Assembly (NCBI GenBank): GCA_040289575.1
Contig: PSLL01000006.1
Span: 24,583-88,582, forward strand
Direction of reading: 5' to 3'
DNA: 64,000 bases
Origin: Candidatus Dadabacteria bacterium
GTDB lineage: Bacteria; Desulfobacterota_D; UBA1144; Nemesobacterales; CSP1-2
Part shown: positions 31,458 to 41,435 of the stretch, piece by piece
How positions within the stretch are numbered: the first letter of the stretch is position 1
Layout of the letters: each line of letters starts with the position of its first letter
Notes under the pieces: generated by a model
The model's input: the letters and a program-made list of their open reading frames with translations, nothing else
Databases searched by the model: none
Told to the model about the DNA's origin: nothing
Translations under genes and position numbers: made by a program

Positions 31458-32219
31458 ATGAGACTCAATGGAAAGACAGCTATAATTACTGGAGGAGGAG
31501 AGGGTATTGGTAGGGCCACTGCCCTTCTTTTCTGTAAAGAAGGGGCAAAGGTTGGAATTACAGGAAGAAACAAAGAAAAACTCGACAAGGTTGTAAGGGA
31601 GGCTAAGGGAAATGGCGAGATCGTTGCCTTTCCGGGAGATGTATCTAAAGAAGAGGATGTGAAGAGAACGGTAGATGAATTTATTAAGAGGTTTAATAAG
31701 ATTGATATACTGTTTAATAATGCCGGTGTCCTTGAGGTTGGAACCGTAGTTACAACCTCCGTTGAGGCATGGGATAAGATAATAGACATTAATGTAAAAG
31801 GCACTTTTCTTATGAGTAAGTATGTAATTCCCCACATGATAAAGAATGGAGGTGGCTCCATAATCAATAACTCCTCGGTTCTTGGATTCATTGGCTCTCC
31901 AAACTGCGTTGCATATAACACAACAAAAGGAGCGATAATGCAGTTTACAAGGAGCCTCGCCCTAGACCACGCAAAGCAGGGAATTCGTGTAAATACGATC
32001 TGCCCTGGATTTATAAAGACGAAGATGAATGAGGACTTCATTGGCAATCCCCCGGATGCACAGGAAAAGCTAGACCAGATAGCCGCACAGATTGTCCCTA
32101 TGGGCTATAGAGGAGAGCCTGACGATATAGCATATGCCCTCGTTTATCTGTCAAGCGATGAGGCTAAGTATGTTACAGGCGCCCACGTCGTAGTAGATGG
32201 CGGTTGGACGGCCTATTAA
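31458..32219 (+). CDS. SDR-family oxidoreductase (FabG-like short-chain dehydrogenase)
   Basis: TGGGEGIGRA cofactor motif, NNAG, and the catalytic YNTTK. Confidence 0.9.
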   Translation: MRLNGKTAIITGGGEGIGRATALLFCKEGAKVGITGRNKEKLDKVVREAKGNGEIVAFPGDVSKEEDVKRTVDEFIKRFNKIDILFNNAGVLEVGTVVTTSVEAWDKIIDINVKGTFLMSKYVIPHMIKNGGGSIINNSSVLGFIGSPNCVAYNTTKGAIMQFTRSLALDHAKQGIRVNTICPGFIKTKMNEDFIGNPPDAQEKLDQIAAQIVPMGYRGEPDDIAYALVYLSSDEAKYVTGAHVVVDGGWTAY

Positions 32220-32229
32220 AAAGATATTA

Positions 32230-32251
32230 GGGGCGACCAATCGGTCGCCCC
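32230..32251. terminator. Stem-loop GGGGCGACC-AATC-GGTCGCCCC immediately after the SDR gene stop
   Basis: Perfect 9-bp inverted repeat. No strong U-tract on the + strand. Shares the GGTCGCCCCTAC motif with the 23928..23970 terminator. Confidence 0.4.
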
Positions 32252-32441
32252 TACCCGAAATTAAAACATTTCCCCTCATTATGTGGTGAGTTATTGGTTT
32301 AACCCCCGGCTAATTCATAGAGGGTGTCCCTACCCTTTTGACTCATTGTAGACCAGATTGGAAATAAGTAGTATGCAAGGGTAATCTAAAATGATTATCG
32401 TGGATTTGATAGGTTGATCAAATTCAAGGGGTTTTATTGAA

Positions 32442-33344
32442 ATGGCATTAAACATCGCCTTACTGGTCTTCTTGGTTGTAACATGGGGATACTCATGGGT
32501 TTTGATGAAAATCGGATTGGGATTCATGGGTCCCTTTACGCTTGCAACGTGGCGATGTGCGGTCGGAAGTTTAGTTATGTTTCCGCTTCTCAAAGGGATT
32601 CCCTGGCCAAAGAGGGAAAAATGGCCGTATTATGTCGTGGTGGGACTCACTCAAACAACAGGGATGTTTGGGCTTATGCTCCACGGAATGAAGTTTGTCA
32701 CAGCGGGAAAGACATCGGTTCTTCTCTACACTATGCCTATGTGGACGAGCCTTGTTGCCCATTTCTATCTCAAGGAAAAGCTCAGTGCCACACGGTGGTT
32801 CGGGGTTATAAGCGGCGGTATAGGAATCCTCTGCATTCTCGGATGGGATACTCTAGTAAACCAGAGTGCCCAGATTCTATTTGGAGAGTTCCTGGTTATC
32901 ACGGGAGCGGTTTCATGGGCTATTGCAAATATAATAATCAAAAAACAATTGCCCAACGAGAACGCATATATGGTAAACGGCATGCAGATGCCTATAGGAA
33001 CTTTGGGTCTTGCACTCCTGGCGCTCCCAGTTGAGGGGCTATGGCACATCAAATGGACCTGGGTATCCATTGGTGTCATCCTATTTACAGGTGTAATTGC
33101 CTCTACAATAAACTTTACAATCTGGTTTTATCTTCTAAAAAAGCTAGATACACATACCGCCACCTCCGCAACAATGCTTGTACCTGTGTTTGGGCTTCTG
33201 TTTGATTGGATACAATTGGGCAAGACACTAGATACAGGCGTTATCATTGGCGGTGTATTCATATTAGCAGGAATCTATCAGGTGTCTAAACGCCAAAAAT
33301 CGGATAAAGAGTATGGCAGACGTAAGGAAGCGGCTTCTCAATAA
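32442..33344 (+). CDS. EamA/DMT-family transporter
   Basis: ~10 TM helices in two EamA repeats. Confidence 0.75.
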   Translation: MALNIALLVFLVVTWGYSWVLMKIGLGFMGPFTLATWRCAVGSLVMFPLLKGIPWPKREKWPYYVVVGLTQTTGMFGLMLHGMKFVTAGKTSVLLYTMPMWTSLVAHFYLKEKLSATRWFGVISGGIGILCILGWDTLVNQSAQILFGEFLVITGAVSWAIANIIIKKQLPNENAYMVNGMQMPIGTLGLALLALPVEGLWHIKWTWVSIGVILFTGVIASTINFTIWFYLLKKLDTHTATSATMLVPVFGLLFDWIQLGKTLDTGVIIGGVFILAGIYQVSKRQKSDKEYGRRKEAASQ

Positions 33345-34131
33345 CATAGAAGGCGAGTTTTTTGTAGACTCGGCATGCATCAATTGCGATACATGCCGCC
33401 AGATTGCCCCCGAAACATTTGAAGATGCAGGGGATTACTCGTTTGTCTATTCTCAGCCCAAGACCAAAGGGGAAAGACGGAAGGCGATGAGGGCGCTTCT
33501 GTCATATCCCACAGGCTCAATAGGAACACTGCATAAGAATAATGCCAGGGAAGTCATGGAAGATTTTCCTCTCCATATAGGGGACGAGGTGTATTACTGC
33601 GGATTCAATTCTCCAAAGTCTTATGGCGGAAACTCATATTTCGTACGTCACACCGAAGGGAATTGGTTCATAGACTCGCCGAAATACATAGGTCATTTGG
33701 TAAAGAGGCTCAATGAGGTAGGCAGAATTAAGTACATATTTCTAACACACAGGGATAATGTGGCAGATGCAAAGAAATATGCCGAAGAATTCGGAAGCCC
33801 AAGAATCATACACCGGGCTGAGCTATCGGCTCAGCCAGACGCAGAGATAATAATTGACGGTAATGAGCCAGTGCAAATTTCCCCCGATTTTCTGGTCATA
33901 CCTACGCCCGGACATACCCGCGGCCACTGTGTGCTGCTCTATAAAAACCGTTTCCTGTTCACAGGCGATCACTTATGGTGGAGTAGAGACGATAAGCAAC
34001 TTTCCGCATCCGAAGATGTGTGCTGGTATTCATGGCCTGAGCAGATAAGGTCGATAGAGAGGCTTCGGGACTTCACATTTGAATGGGTGCTTCCGGGTCA
34101 CGGTCAGAGGGTGAAACTCCCCTTCAATTAG
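33313..34131 (+). CDS. MBL-fold metallo-hydrolase with an N-terminal ferredoxin-like cysteine cluster
   Basis: N-terminus FFVDSACINCDTCRQIAPE (ferredoxin-type Cys motif). Downstream metallo-beta-lactamase motifs (LTHRDNVADA, PTPGHTRGH, GDHLW). Confidence 0.65.
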   Translation: MADVRKRLLNNIEGEFFVDSACINCDTCRQIAPETFEDAGDYSFVYSQPKTKGERRKAMRALLSYPTGSIGTLHKNNAREVMEDFPLHIGDEVYYCGFNSPKSYGGNSYFVRHTEGNWFIDSPKYIGHLVKRLNEVGRIKYIFLTHRDNVADAKKYAEEFGSPRIIHRAELSAQPDAEIIIDGNEPVQISPDFLVIPTPGHTRGHCVLLYKNRFLFTGDHLWWSRDDKQLSASEDVCWYSWPEQIRSIERLRDFTFEWVLPGHGQRVKLPFN

Positions 34132-34188
34132 ATGCGGAAAGAACTGACAATACTGATTAAAAGAAGTAAAGGGTGAGGAGTTAGGAAA

Positions 34189-34533
34189 TCAATCTTGAGG
34201 AAATCGCTGAGAGCGTATAAGACCGGAGAGCATTTTATCAATCTTTATAGTATCAATATCTTTCCAAGTTTTTCCCTCAATATATTTCAACCGCTTTGCT
34301 AAATCTATCTGAGTATCCAATTCACTAAGGGAACCCTAAGATATGTTAAGGAAATTGATGAATTCTTTTTTGGTATTTCTTGCGGCTCCTTCTGCAATAT
34401 TGCTCGGTATACTAATTGCTGCTCTACGAATTTGGTCAACTAAAGAAAATTTCTCTTCTTTAGGAAATTTATCAGTTAACTTATAAACCTCAGTTACTAA
34501 ATCCATTGACAACATCGTCCTTTTACTCCTCAT
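34189..34533 (-). pseudogene. Four-helix-bundle protein (TIGR02436 family, '23S rRNA intervening sequence protein'-like) interrupted by an in-frame TAG
   Basis: The N-terminal 65 codons (…KFPKEEKFSLVDQIRRAAISIPSNIAEGAAR…) end at a TAG at 34336-34338. The same frame continues GSLSELDTQIDLAKRLKYIEGKTWKDI… to 34189, giving the expected ~115-aa family length. Confidence 0.6.
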
Positions 34534-34563
34534 CCCTTACTTCTTACCTTTCACCCTTTGAAA

Positions 34564-36120
34564 TCAATGCCTAAAATGTCTTACTCCCGTAAATATCATC
34601 GCGATTCCATACTCGTCTGCGGCGGCTATGATCTCTTTGTCTCTTACTGAGCCGCCCGGCTGAACTATGGCGGTAATCCCCGCCCTTGCCGCCTCGTCAA
34701 TCCCATCGCGGAATGGAAAAAAGGCGTCGGATGCAAGCACAGTTCCCTTTATAGGAAGCCTAGCTTTCATGACTGCGATTTTAACAGAATCCACACGGCT
34801 CATCTGCCCAGCTCCGATCCCAACCGTCTGCCCCTCACGTGCAAACACGATGGCGTTTGACTTTACGTGCTTGCACACCTTCCATGCGAATTTAAGTACC
34901 CGGATTTCTTCATCCGTAGGCTCGCGTTTTGTCACAACCTTAAAATTCGTAAAATCCTCATCGGCTCTCAGGTCTCTATCCTGAATGAGAGCACCGCCTG
35001 TTATCTTTTTTAAATCAATCCCGCTTTTTGGTTTGATAAGAGGGAGGGTCTTCATAACCCTCAGATTCTGCTTGGTCGAGAGCAAATCGAGTGCCTTTTG
35101 TGTGTATCCCGGCGCAATTACAACCTCAAGAAACATACCGGCAATCTCCGCGGCTGCATTTTCATCAACTTCGGTGTTAAAGGCAACGATTCCTCCAAAT
35201 GCACTTTCAGGGTCGCACTCCCTTGCCTTGAGAAAAGCCTGAAGGGAATTCTCGGCGGTTGCGACTCCACAGGGGTTGTTGTGCTTCACTATAACACAGG
35301 CAGTTTCCGAAAACTCTTTTACCGCTTCGAGTGCAGCGTCTGTATCATAAATATTATTGAGTGAAAGCTCCTTTCCCTGGATTTGAACCGCATTTGAAAC
35401 ACACGGCTCTTCTATACCCGGCTGAATATAAAATGCCCCTTCTTGGTGTGGGTTTTCACCATATCTGAGCTTCATCCGCTTTTCAAAGTAAAGCGACAAA
35501 TTCGCAGGGAATTTAGTCCTCTTACCGTCTTCAATTGAATTTAAGAAATTAGATATTGCGCCGTCATATCGCGATACATAAGAGAAGGCCTTGAGGGCAA
35601 GACGAAGATTGGTTTCAACCGATACCGAGCCCTTATTCATTCTTAGCTCGTCTATTACGGCTCTATAATCATTAGGAGAAACCAAGGGGGTTACATATTT
35701 ATAATTCTTCGCCGCCGCGCGGATGAGTGTGGGGCCCCCAATATCAATATTTTCAATCGCCTCGCTCAGAACTACCTCTTCGCTTTTAACTACATCCTCA
35801 AACGGATAGAAATTCACCACTACCATGTCTATGGGTTCAATTCCATGTTGCTCCATGTCTCTGATATGGGTCTCATCATCCCGCACGGCGAGAATGCCCG
35901 CGTGGATTTTAGGATGGAGTGTTTTTACTCTGCCCCCTATGAGTTCTGAGAACCCGACATAATCTGAAATCTCTATTACCTCAATACCCGCGTCCCTTAG
36001 CAGCTTCGCCGTGCCTCCAGTAGAGAGTATTTCAATATCGAAATCCTTAAGTTCCTTTGCGAACTTACTTATCCCCTCTTTTTTCCACAAGCTTATAAGT
36101 GCCCTTTTTACCCTTCCCAT
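34564..36120 (-). CDS. purH: Bifunctional AICAR transformylase / IMP cyclohydrolase PurH
   Basis: Full-length PurH similarity (MGS-like N-terminal domain plus AICARFT domain). Confidence 0.95.
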   Translation of the reverse strand: MGRVKRALISLWKKEGISKFAKELKDFDIEILSTGGTAKLLRDAGIEVIEISDYVGFSELIGGRVKTLHPKIHAGILAVRDDETHIRDMEQHGIEPIDMVVVNFYPFEDVVKSEEVVLSEAIENIDIGGPTLIRAAAKNYKYVTPLVSPNDYRAVIDELRMNKGSVSVETNLRLALKAFSYVSRYDGAISNFLNSIEDGKRTKFPANLSLYFEKRMKLRYGENPHQEGAFYIQPGIEEPCVSNAVQIQGKELSLNNIYDTDAALEAVKEFSETACVIVKHNNPCGVATAENSLQAFLKARECDPESAFGGIVAFNTEVDENAAAEIAGMFLEVVIAPGYTQKALDLLSTKQNLRVMKTLPLIKPKSGIDLKKITGGALIQDRDLRADEDFTNFKVVTKREPTDEEIRVLKFAWKVCKHVKSNAIVFAREGQTVGIGAGQMSRVDSVKIAVMKARLPIKGTVLASDAFFPFRDGIDEAARAGITAIVQPGGSVRDKEIIAAADEYGIAMIFTGVRHFRH

Positions 36121-36446
36121 CTCTTATAACCGCTCCTTTGACTTTTACACATTTATAAATCAAATGCAATAATTCTAACTGGATATTTGTAATAATCTAG
36201 GCGACTACCCACACATAACATTCTCCAGAGGATATTTTATGTATGATAAATATCGAATCGGCAAGATGAAAATTAACACGGCTTTTGAGAAATTGTCAAC
36301 TCTTGCATATAATATTTTAAGTTTATTTAGGCTAGCCGAATAGTCTCGGATAATTGTCGTTTTTGCTTCCCATAACGACAGATAACTAGGATTATCTCGG
36401 TAACACCTATAGTAGGAACATAGTATTAACTTTTAAGGAGTGGTAT

Positions 36447-37421
36447 ATGAAAAATCAGAGGGCGATAAACTTAAAGGTTGGAATATTCGTCTTAATCTCG
36501 CTTTTTATATTCGCGGTTTTTATCTTTGCCCTTGGCAGTGAGAGCAGTCTTTTCAAAAAAACCTACACGGTTCAAACATCATTTACAAATGTAGCCGGGC
36601 TTTCCGAAGGAGCCTCGGTCAGGCTTTCGGGATTGCGAATCGGAAGCGTTAAACAAATCAAATTCCCTGAAAACCCCAATAACAACTTCATAATAGTAAC
36701 TATGGAGATAAACCAAGAAGGCATAAGAAGAATAGGCTCCGACTCAGTGGCAACAATTAGAACCGAAGGACTCCTCGGCGATAAGTACATAGAGATTTTA
36801 AAAGGAACAACCCCATTGCCTGAGAAGATTCCCGAGGTGGTAAGTATTAAGAGTTACACACCTCCAGAGATTGAAAAACTCCTTGGGCAATCCGAAGAGC
36901 TAGTAAATAACATAACAAGCATATCTCAGAACCTAGATGAGCTCGTGAAGGCCTTCAGCACAGAGGAAAACGTTCAGAATATATCAAAGACGATTGCGTC
37001 ACTAAGGAGAACCCTGGAGGGCAGTGAAAAAACCCTTGCCAAGGTTGACACAGCCGTCTCCACGCTAAATGCACTGCTCGTGGAGGTCAAAACGGGAAAC
37101 GGGGTTCTTAACGCCCTAGTCTATGATAAAAATCTAAGAGCAAAGCTAGACCAAGCAATCGCAAACATAAATTCAGCTGCTCAGGAAATTGGAGGCGATA
37201 ACGGAATGGCCATCGAGCTAAAAAAGACCCTATCAAACTTTAGAGAAATATCAGAAAAGCTGAACGGTGGAGAAGGGACACTCGGCGCGCTAATAAATGA
37301 CCCTGCGCTCTACGACCAGGTAAAGGGACTTGTAGGGGAATCGCAGAGAAGTAAGTTTGTGCGTACAGCAATCAGATACTTGATTAACAACAAAAACAAA
37401 GAATCTAACCAGAAGAGGTAG
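36447..37421 (+). CDS. MlaD/MCE-family protein (N-terminal TM anchor, MCE domain, C-terminal coiled-coil)
   Basis: MCE-domain sequence (TYTVQTSFTNVAGLSEGASVRLSGLRIGSVKQIKF). No mlaE/mlaF neighbours in the window. Confidence 0.8.
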   Translation: MKNQRAINLKVGIFVLISLFIFAVFIFALGSESSLFKKTYTVQTSFTNVAGLSEGASVRLSGLRIGSVKQIKFPENPNNNFIIVTMEINQEGIRRIGSDSVATIRTEGLLGDKYIEILKGTTPLPEKIPEVVSIKSYTPPEIEKLLGQSEELVNNITSISQNLDELVKAFSTEENVQNISKTIASLRRTLEGSEKTLAKVDTAVSTLNALLVEVKTGNGVLNALVYDKNLRAKLDQAIANINSAAQEIGGDNGMAIELKKTLSNFREISEKLNGGEGTLGALINDPALYDQVKGLVGESQRSKFVRTAIRYLINNKNKESNQKR

Positions 37422-37424
37422 AAA

Positions 37425-37500
37425 TGGAGCGGGCGACGGGATTCGAACCCGCGACCCCAAGCTTGGGAAGCTTGTACTCTACCAACTGAGTTACGCCCGC
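37425..37500 (-). tRNA. tRNA-Gly(CCC): tRNA-Gly (anticodon CCC)
   Basis: The minus-strand 76-nt sequence GCGGGCGTAACTCAGTTGGTAGAGTACAAGCTTCCCAAGCTTGGGGTCGCGGGTTCGAATCCCGTCGCCCGCTCCA folds as a canonical cloverleaf with a CTTCCCAAG anticodon loop and an encoded CCA. Confidence 0.9.
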
Positions 37501-37599
37501 TCTAAAGAAGAAATTTATTATAGCACAAGATAAAAGTCAATAATTGCCCACAACCAATTAACTTATACCTCTTGACCATATTAAGATATAATACACTGC

Positions 37600-38502
37600 G
37601 TGACAAAGCATCGTAAGACCGGACACCTTATTACAGAAAAGGTTAATCCTCGAACGAGTAATATTGATGAACTCCCTACTCTTCGTATTATCGAGTTGAT
37701 TTCTGAAGAGGATAAGAGGGTCGCAGATGCCGTCGCCGAGCAGAAGGAGAATATAGCTAAGGCCGTTGATTTAATTGTTGACAGGCTCTCACGAGGCGGA
37801 CGTTTGTTTTTTATAGGAGCGGGAACAAGTGGGCGCTTGGGTGTCATGGAAGCGGCTGAATGTCCGCCGACATTTGGGACAAAACCGAGTTTAATCATAG
37901 GGATTATTGCCGGGGGTAAAAAAGCACTGTGGCACTCAATAGAGGGAGCAGAAGATTCCAGAACCGAATCACAAATGGCACTAAGTATGATGGGATTAAA
38001 CAAAAGCGATATAGTCATTGGAATTGCTGCAAGCGCGACAACTCCATTTGTTGAAGGTGCATTATCTTATGCAAAAAAAAGGCATGCGGCGCGGGTTCTT
38101 ATTACATGCAACCCAGTTAATTCGCTCCTTTCGAATGTTACTATTTCCCTGCTTGTAGGCCCCGAAGTTATATTAGGCTCTACAAGGATGAAGGCGGGAA
38201 CTGCAACAAAAATGGTTCTGAATATGTTGACCACAGCCGCAATGATTCGACTCGGCAAAACCTATGGAAATCTCATGGTTGAGGTAAGACCGCATTCAGA
38301 AAAGCTAAGAGATAGAGCAAGGCGGATCGTTGTACAAATCTTAGGCATCAATCAAAAAGAAGCACAGAGATTGCTCAATAAATCCAATTGGGATGTAAAG
38401 GCCGCCGTGGTTATGAGAAGGAAGAAAATGAGTTACAAAAAGGCAAAAGAGCTTCTAGAAAAGCACAGCGGATTTTTGCGCGCCGTGCTGGAATCTGAGT
38501 AA
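37600..38502 (+). CDS. murQ: N-acetylmuramic acid 6-phosphate etherase MurQ (SIS domain)
   Basis: MurQ signature (GRLFFIGAGTSGRLGVMEAAECPPTFG). Confidence 0.9.
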   Translation: MTKHRKTGHLITEKVNPRTSNIDELPTLRIIELISEEDKRVADAVAEQKENIAKAVDLIVDRLSRGGRLFFIGAGTSGRLGVMEAAECPPTFGTKPSLIIGIIAGGKKALWHSIEGAEDSRTESQMALSMMGLNKSDIVIGIAASATTPFVEGALSYAKKRHAARVLITCNPVNSLLSNVTISLLVGPEVILGSTRMKAGTATKMVLNMLTTAAMIRLGKTYGNLMVEVRPHSEKLRDRARRIVVQILGINQKEAQRLLNKSNWDVKAAVVMRRKKMSYKKAKELLEKHSGFLRAVLESE

Positions 38503-38545
38503 ATTGAGGAGGGGGTTCGAAACCCGTCGCTTCTAAATAAACGAA

Positions 38546-39730
38546 ATGAACCAACTAAACTCAATCTTTAATAAACAAGAAAAACTGGTGGTGGGTCTAA
38601 TGTCGGGCACGTCTATGGACGGGATTGACGCCGCCTTGGTAAGGATTAAAGGGCACGGATTGGAAACTAAAATTGATCTGATTGAGTTTATTTGCCTGCC
38701 ATATCAATCCCCTCTTCTTCAGAGCTTAGAAGAGGCAACCCTAAAAGGCTCAACACGCCAAATCTCAGAAATTAACTTTCTCGTAGGCAGGGCATTTGCA
38801 GATGCAGCTTTAGCCGTAATTAGAAAAGCCGGAATGCAGGCTGCAGACATTGACTTAATAGGCTCTCACGGTCAGACCGTTTTTCACAACCCCCCCTCTT
38901 CAAAAATTGGCGTCCCCTCTACACTTCAGATTGGAGAGTTGGACGTCATTGCTGAGCATACGGGAATAACCACAATCGGCGACTTTAGAACCCGCGATGT
39001 AGCCGCAGGGGGTGAAGGTGCACCTCTTGTTCCTTATGCGGATTACATTCTATTCTGCAAATCCGGGAAAGCCCGTATCGCTCAAAACATTGGCGGTATT
39101 GCAAACGCCACAGTAGTTGCCGAGTGTATAGATGATGTAATTGCGTTTGATACAGGGCCGGGGAATATGCTCATGGACAACGTACTGAGATTGGTTACGA
39201 ATGGGAAAGAAAAATATGACATTGATGGAAAGCATGCTTCAGGAGGCTCGGTTAATAAAGGTCTACTCGAGAAGCTTCTATATCATCCATTCTTCATTCA
39301 GCCACCTCCAAAATCCACAGGGGCAGGGGTTTTCGGAAAGGAAATGGCGCATGAGATTTATACACTGTCTAAAGAGAAAGGGATTTCACTGAGTGATTTG
39401 ATGAGGACACTCTTAGAGCTCACAGTTGAATCTATTGCCCTTTCTTACGAGCGATTTATCTTCCCCAAAAGGAAAATTGAAGAAGTAATCCTGAGCGGCG
39501 GGGGCGCTAAAAACCCAGTCCTGGTAGAAGGATTAAAAAAGAGATTGAATCAATTGGAATTTTCTAATTCGGATAACTACGGAATTCCGGCGGATGCGAA
39601 AGAGGCCATAGCCTTTGCCATATTAGCAAATGAGCTTATATCAGGTAATTTTACGAATCTTCCATCCGCTACGGGAGCAAAAAGGCACGTGCCTTTGGGG
39701 AAGATTGTTCTAGGCGAGGGGAATCTGTAG
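38546..39730 (+). CDS. anmK: Anhydro-N-acetylmuramic acid kinase AnmK
   Basis: N-terminal LVVGLMSGTSMDGIDAALV motif. Full-length AnmK-like. Confidence 0.9.
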   Translation: MNQLNSIFNKQEKLVVGLMSGTSMDGIDAALVRIKGHGLETKIDLIEFICLPYQSPLLQSLEEATLKGSTRQISEINFLVGRAFADAALAVIRKAGMQAADIDLIGSHGQTVFHNPPSSKIGVPSTLQIGELDVIAEHTGITTIGDFRTRDVAAGGEGAPLVPYADYILFCKSGKARIAQNIGGIANATVVAECIDDVIAFDTGPGNMLMDNVLRLVTNGKEKYDIDGKHASGGSVNKGLLEKLLYHPFFIQPPPKSTGAGVFGKEMAHEIYTLSKEKGISLSDLMRTLLELTVESIALSYERFIFPKRKIEEVILSGGGAKNPVLVEGLKKRLNQLEFSNSDNYGIPADAKEAIAFAILANELISGNFTNLPSATGAKRHVPLGKIVLGEGNL

Positions 39731-39781
39731 AAATTTATATAGGGGCAATTCATGAATTGCCCCTACTGAATCTAAACCCAA

Positions 39782-41305
39782 ATGGATAATCCCAACCCAA
39801 ATGAACTCACTATACCGCAAAAAATCGGTCAAATTGTCATGCCCAGGCTGAATTTCAATAACCCGGATGCCTTGCCTTATGCAAAAGATATTGTTCAAAA
39901 ATTTCATGTTGGAGGCTTTATTATTTTTGGCGGCGATCGCAAACAGGTAAAGAGAGCAACAGAGGAGCTTCAATCAATTTCCCTAACCCCTCTCTTTTTC
40001 TCATGCGATGCCGAGCGCGGCGCGGGTCAGATAATGTCTGGAGCAACTCGGTTTCCCTTTACAATGTCGCTTGGAGCAACAGGAGACGAGGAACTTGTCT
40101 ATAGACAAGCCAGATTCATTGCAGAGGAGTTAAAAGAATGCGGATTAAATCTAGTCTTTGCGCCGGTTATGGATGTAAATACAAATCCGGAAAATCCGAT
40201 TATAAATATTCGCTCTTATGGAGATGATCCCTCCCTTGTATCGCGCCTTGGAACCGCTTTTATCAAAGGTTGTCAAGACAGAGGCGTGTTGGCTTGTGCT
40301 AAACATTTCCCAGGGCACGGAAGGGTTGCTATTGATTCTCATGTAACTCTGCCCCAACTAGCCCAAAGCCGGGAAAACCTCTATACGTGCGATATAATCC
40401 CATTTAAAAGGGCAATCGAAGGCGGAGTTGCCTCTATTATGGTAGCACATATCGCCGTACCCAAGATTGACCCTAAAGGAGTCCCGGCAACGATTTCGAG
40501 AGAAATCATCCAAGGTCTCCTTATTAATGATCTGGGATTTAAAGGTTTAGTCATAACAGACTCTTTCTATATGGGTGCTATAGCCAATTTAGGCACGGAG
40601 GAAGATATGGCACGCCTTTCTATCCTTTCAGGATGTGACATTATTCTCGATCCAAAAGAACCCGTAAGGACTATGAAAAGACTAAGCGAAATGGTTAAAT
40701 CGAGAGAACTTTCGGAGTCGCTTTTAGACAGCACTGTGGAAAAGATAGTTGCAACAAAAAGACAATGGTTAAGTAATCAGCCTCTTAAAAATCCATTTGA
40801 TGAAACATATGGTCGGGCTCTACTCACTGAGATTGCACACCGCTCTGTCTGCCTTTTAAAAGGTGGGAGACTGAAATCCAAAAATGTAACGGTTTATATC
40901 CTTGATGTAACCCAGGCTGAGGAAGATGTCTCAGAGTCATTCGTTGATCACCTATCTGAATCCGGAATAGGCATTGAGAAAAGGTCCTTTACCCTCTCAG
41001 AGACATTTTTACCTCAAAGCGAGAACAATGACAGAACAATAATTTGTCTCGTCTACACATCTGTTGCCGCATGGAAAGGGCACACAGAATTATCCGAATC
41101 GTTCAAGGAGCTGTTAAGGCAGGTAAACAAGCTGAAATGTGAGAGGGTTTTAATCTCGTTTGGATCTCCCTACATAGTTCGGGATTTTGAAAACTTTGAT
41201 ACGATTCTCTGTGCCTTTGACCGCCTGGATGCTTGCCAATGTGCAGTGGCCGATGTCCTTTTAGGAAGAGGCGAGGCTCAAGGAAAATTGCCGGTGAGGC
41301 TGTAG
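39782..41305 (+). CDS. nagZ: Glycoside hydrolase family 3 beta-N-acetylhexosaminidase (NagZ-like) with a C-terminal extension
   Basis: GH3 motifs (KHFPGHG…D); 507 aa. Confidence 0.8.
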   Translation: MDNPNPNELTIPQKIGQIVMPRLNFNNPDALPYAKDIVQKFHVGGFIIFGGDRKQVKRATEELQSISLTPLFFSCDAERGAGQIMSGATRFPFTMSLGATGDEELVYRQARFIAEELKECGLNLVFAPVMDVNTNPENPIINIRSYGDDPSLVSRLGTAFIKGCQDRGVLACAKHFPGHGRVAIDSHVTLPQLAQSRENLYTCDIIPFKRAIEGGVASIMVAHIAVPKIDPKGVPATISREIIQGLLINDLGFKGLVITDSFYMGAIANLGTEEDMARLSILSGCDIILDPKEPVRTMKRLSEMVKSRELSESLLDSTVEKIVATKRQWLSNQPLKNPFDETYGRALLTEIAHRSVCLLKGGRLKSKNVTVYILDVTQAEEDVSESFVDHLSESGIGIEKRSFTLSETFLPQSENNDRTIICLVYTSVAAWKGHTELSESFKELLRQVNKLKCERVLISFGSPYIVRDFENFDTILCAFDRLDACQCAVADVLLGRGEAQGKLPVRL

Positions 41306-41435
41306 TTAAAGCTTTATATATGTGGAATATTGAAATTTTTGATTAGAATATACTATTTCGCATTGCCAAAAATATTATTTTGTTCTTTAATATCAGACCA
41401 AATAATTATTATTAAATCTCCAGGAGGAATAAACT

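Noticed and set aside
32483-33034. 183-aa + strand ORF overlapping the EamA transporter in another frame
   Set aside because: Cys/Arg-rich low-complexity translation embedded in a well-supported multi-TM CDS. Alternative-frame artefact.
36290-36320. TTGTCA…TATAAT-like promoter upstream of the MlaD gene
   Set aside because: Spacer length between the -35-like and -10-like hexamers is 9-11 nt, not 16-18. Not reported as a feature.
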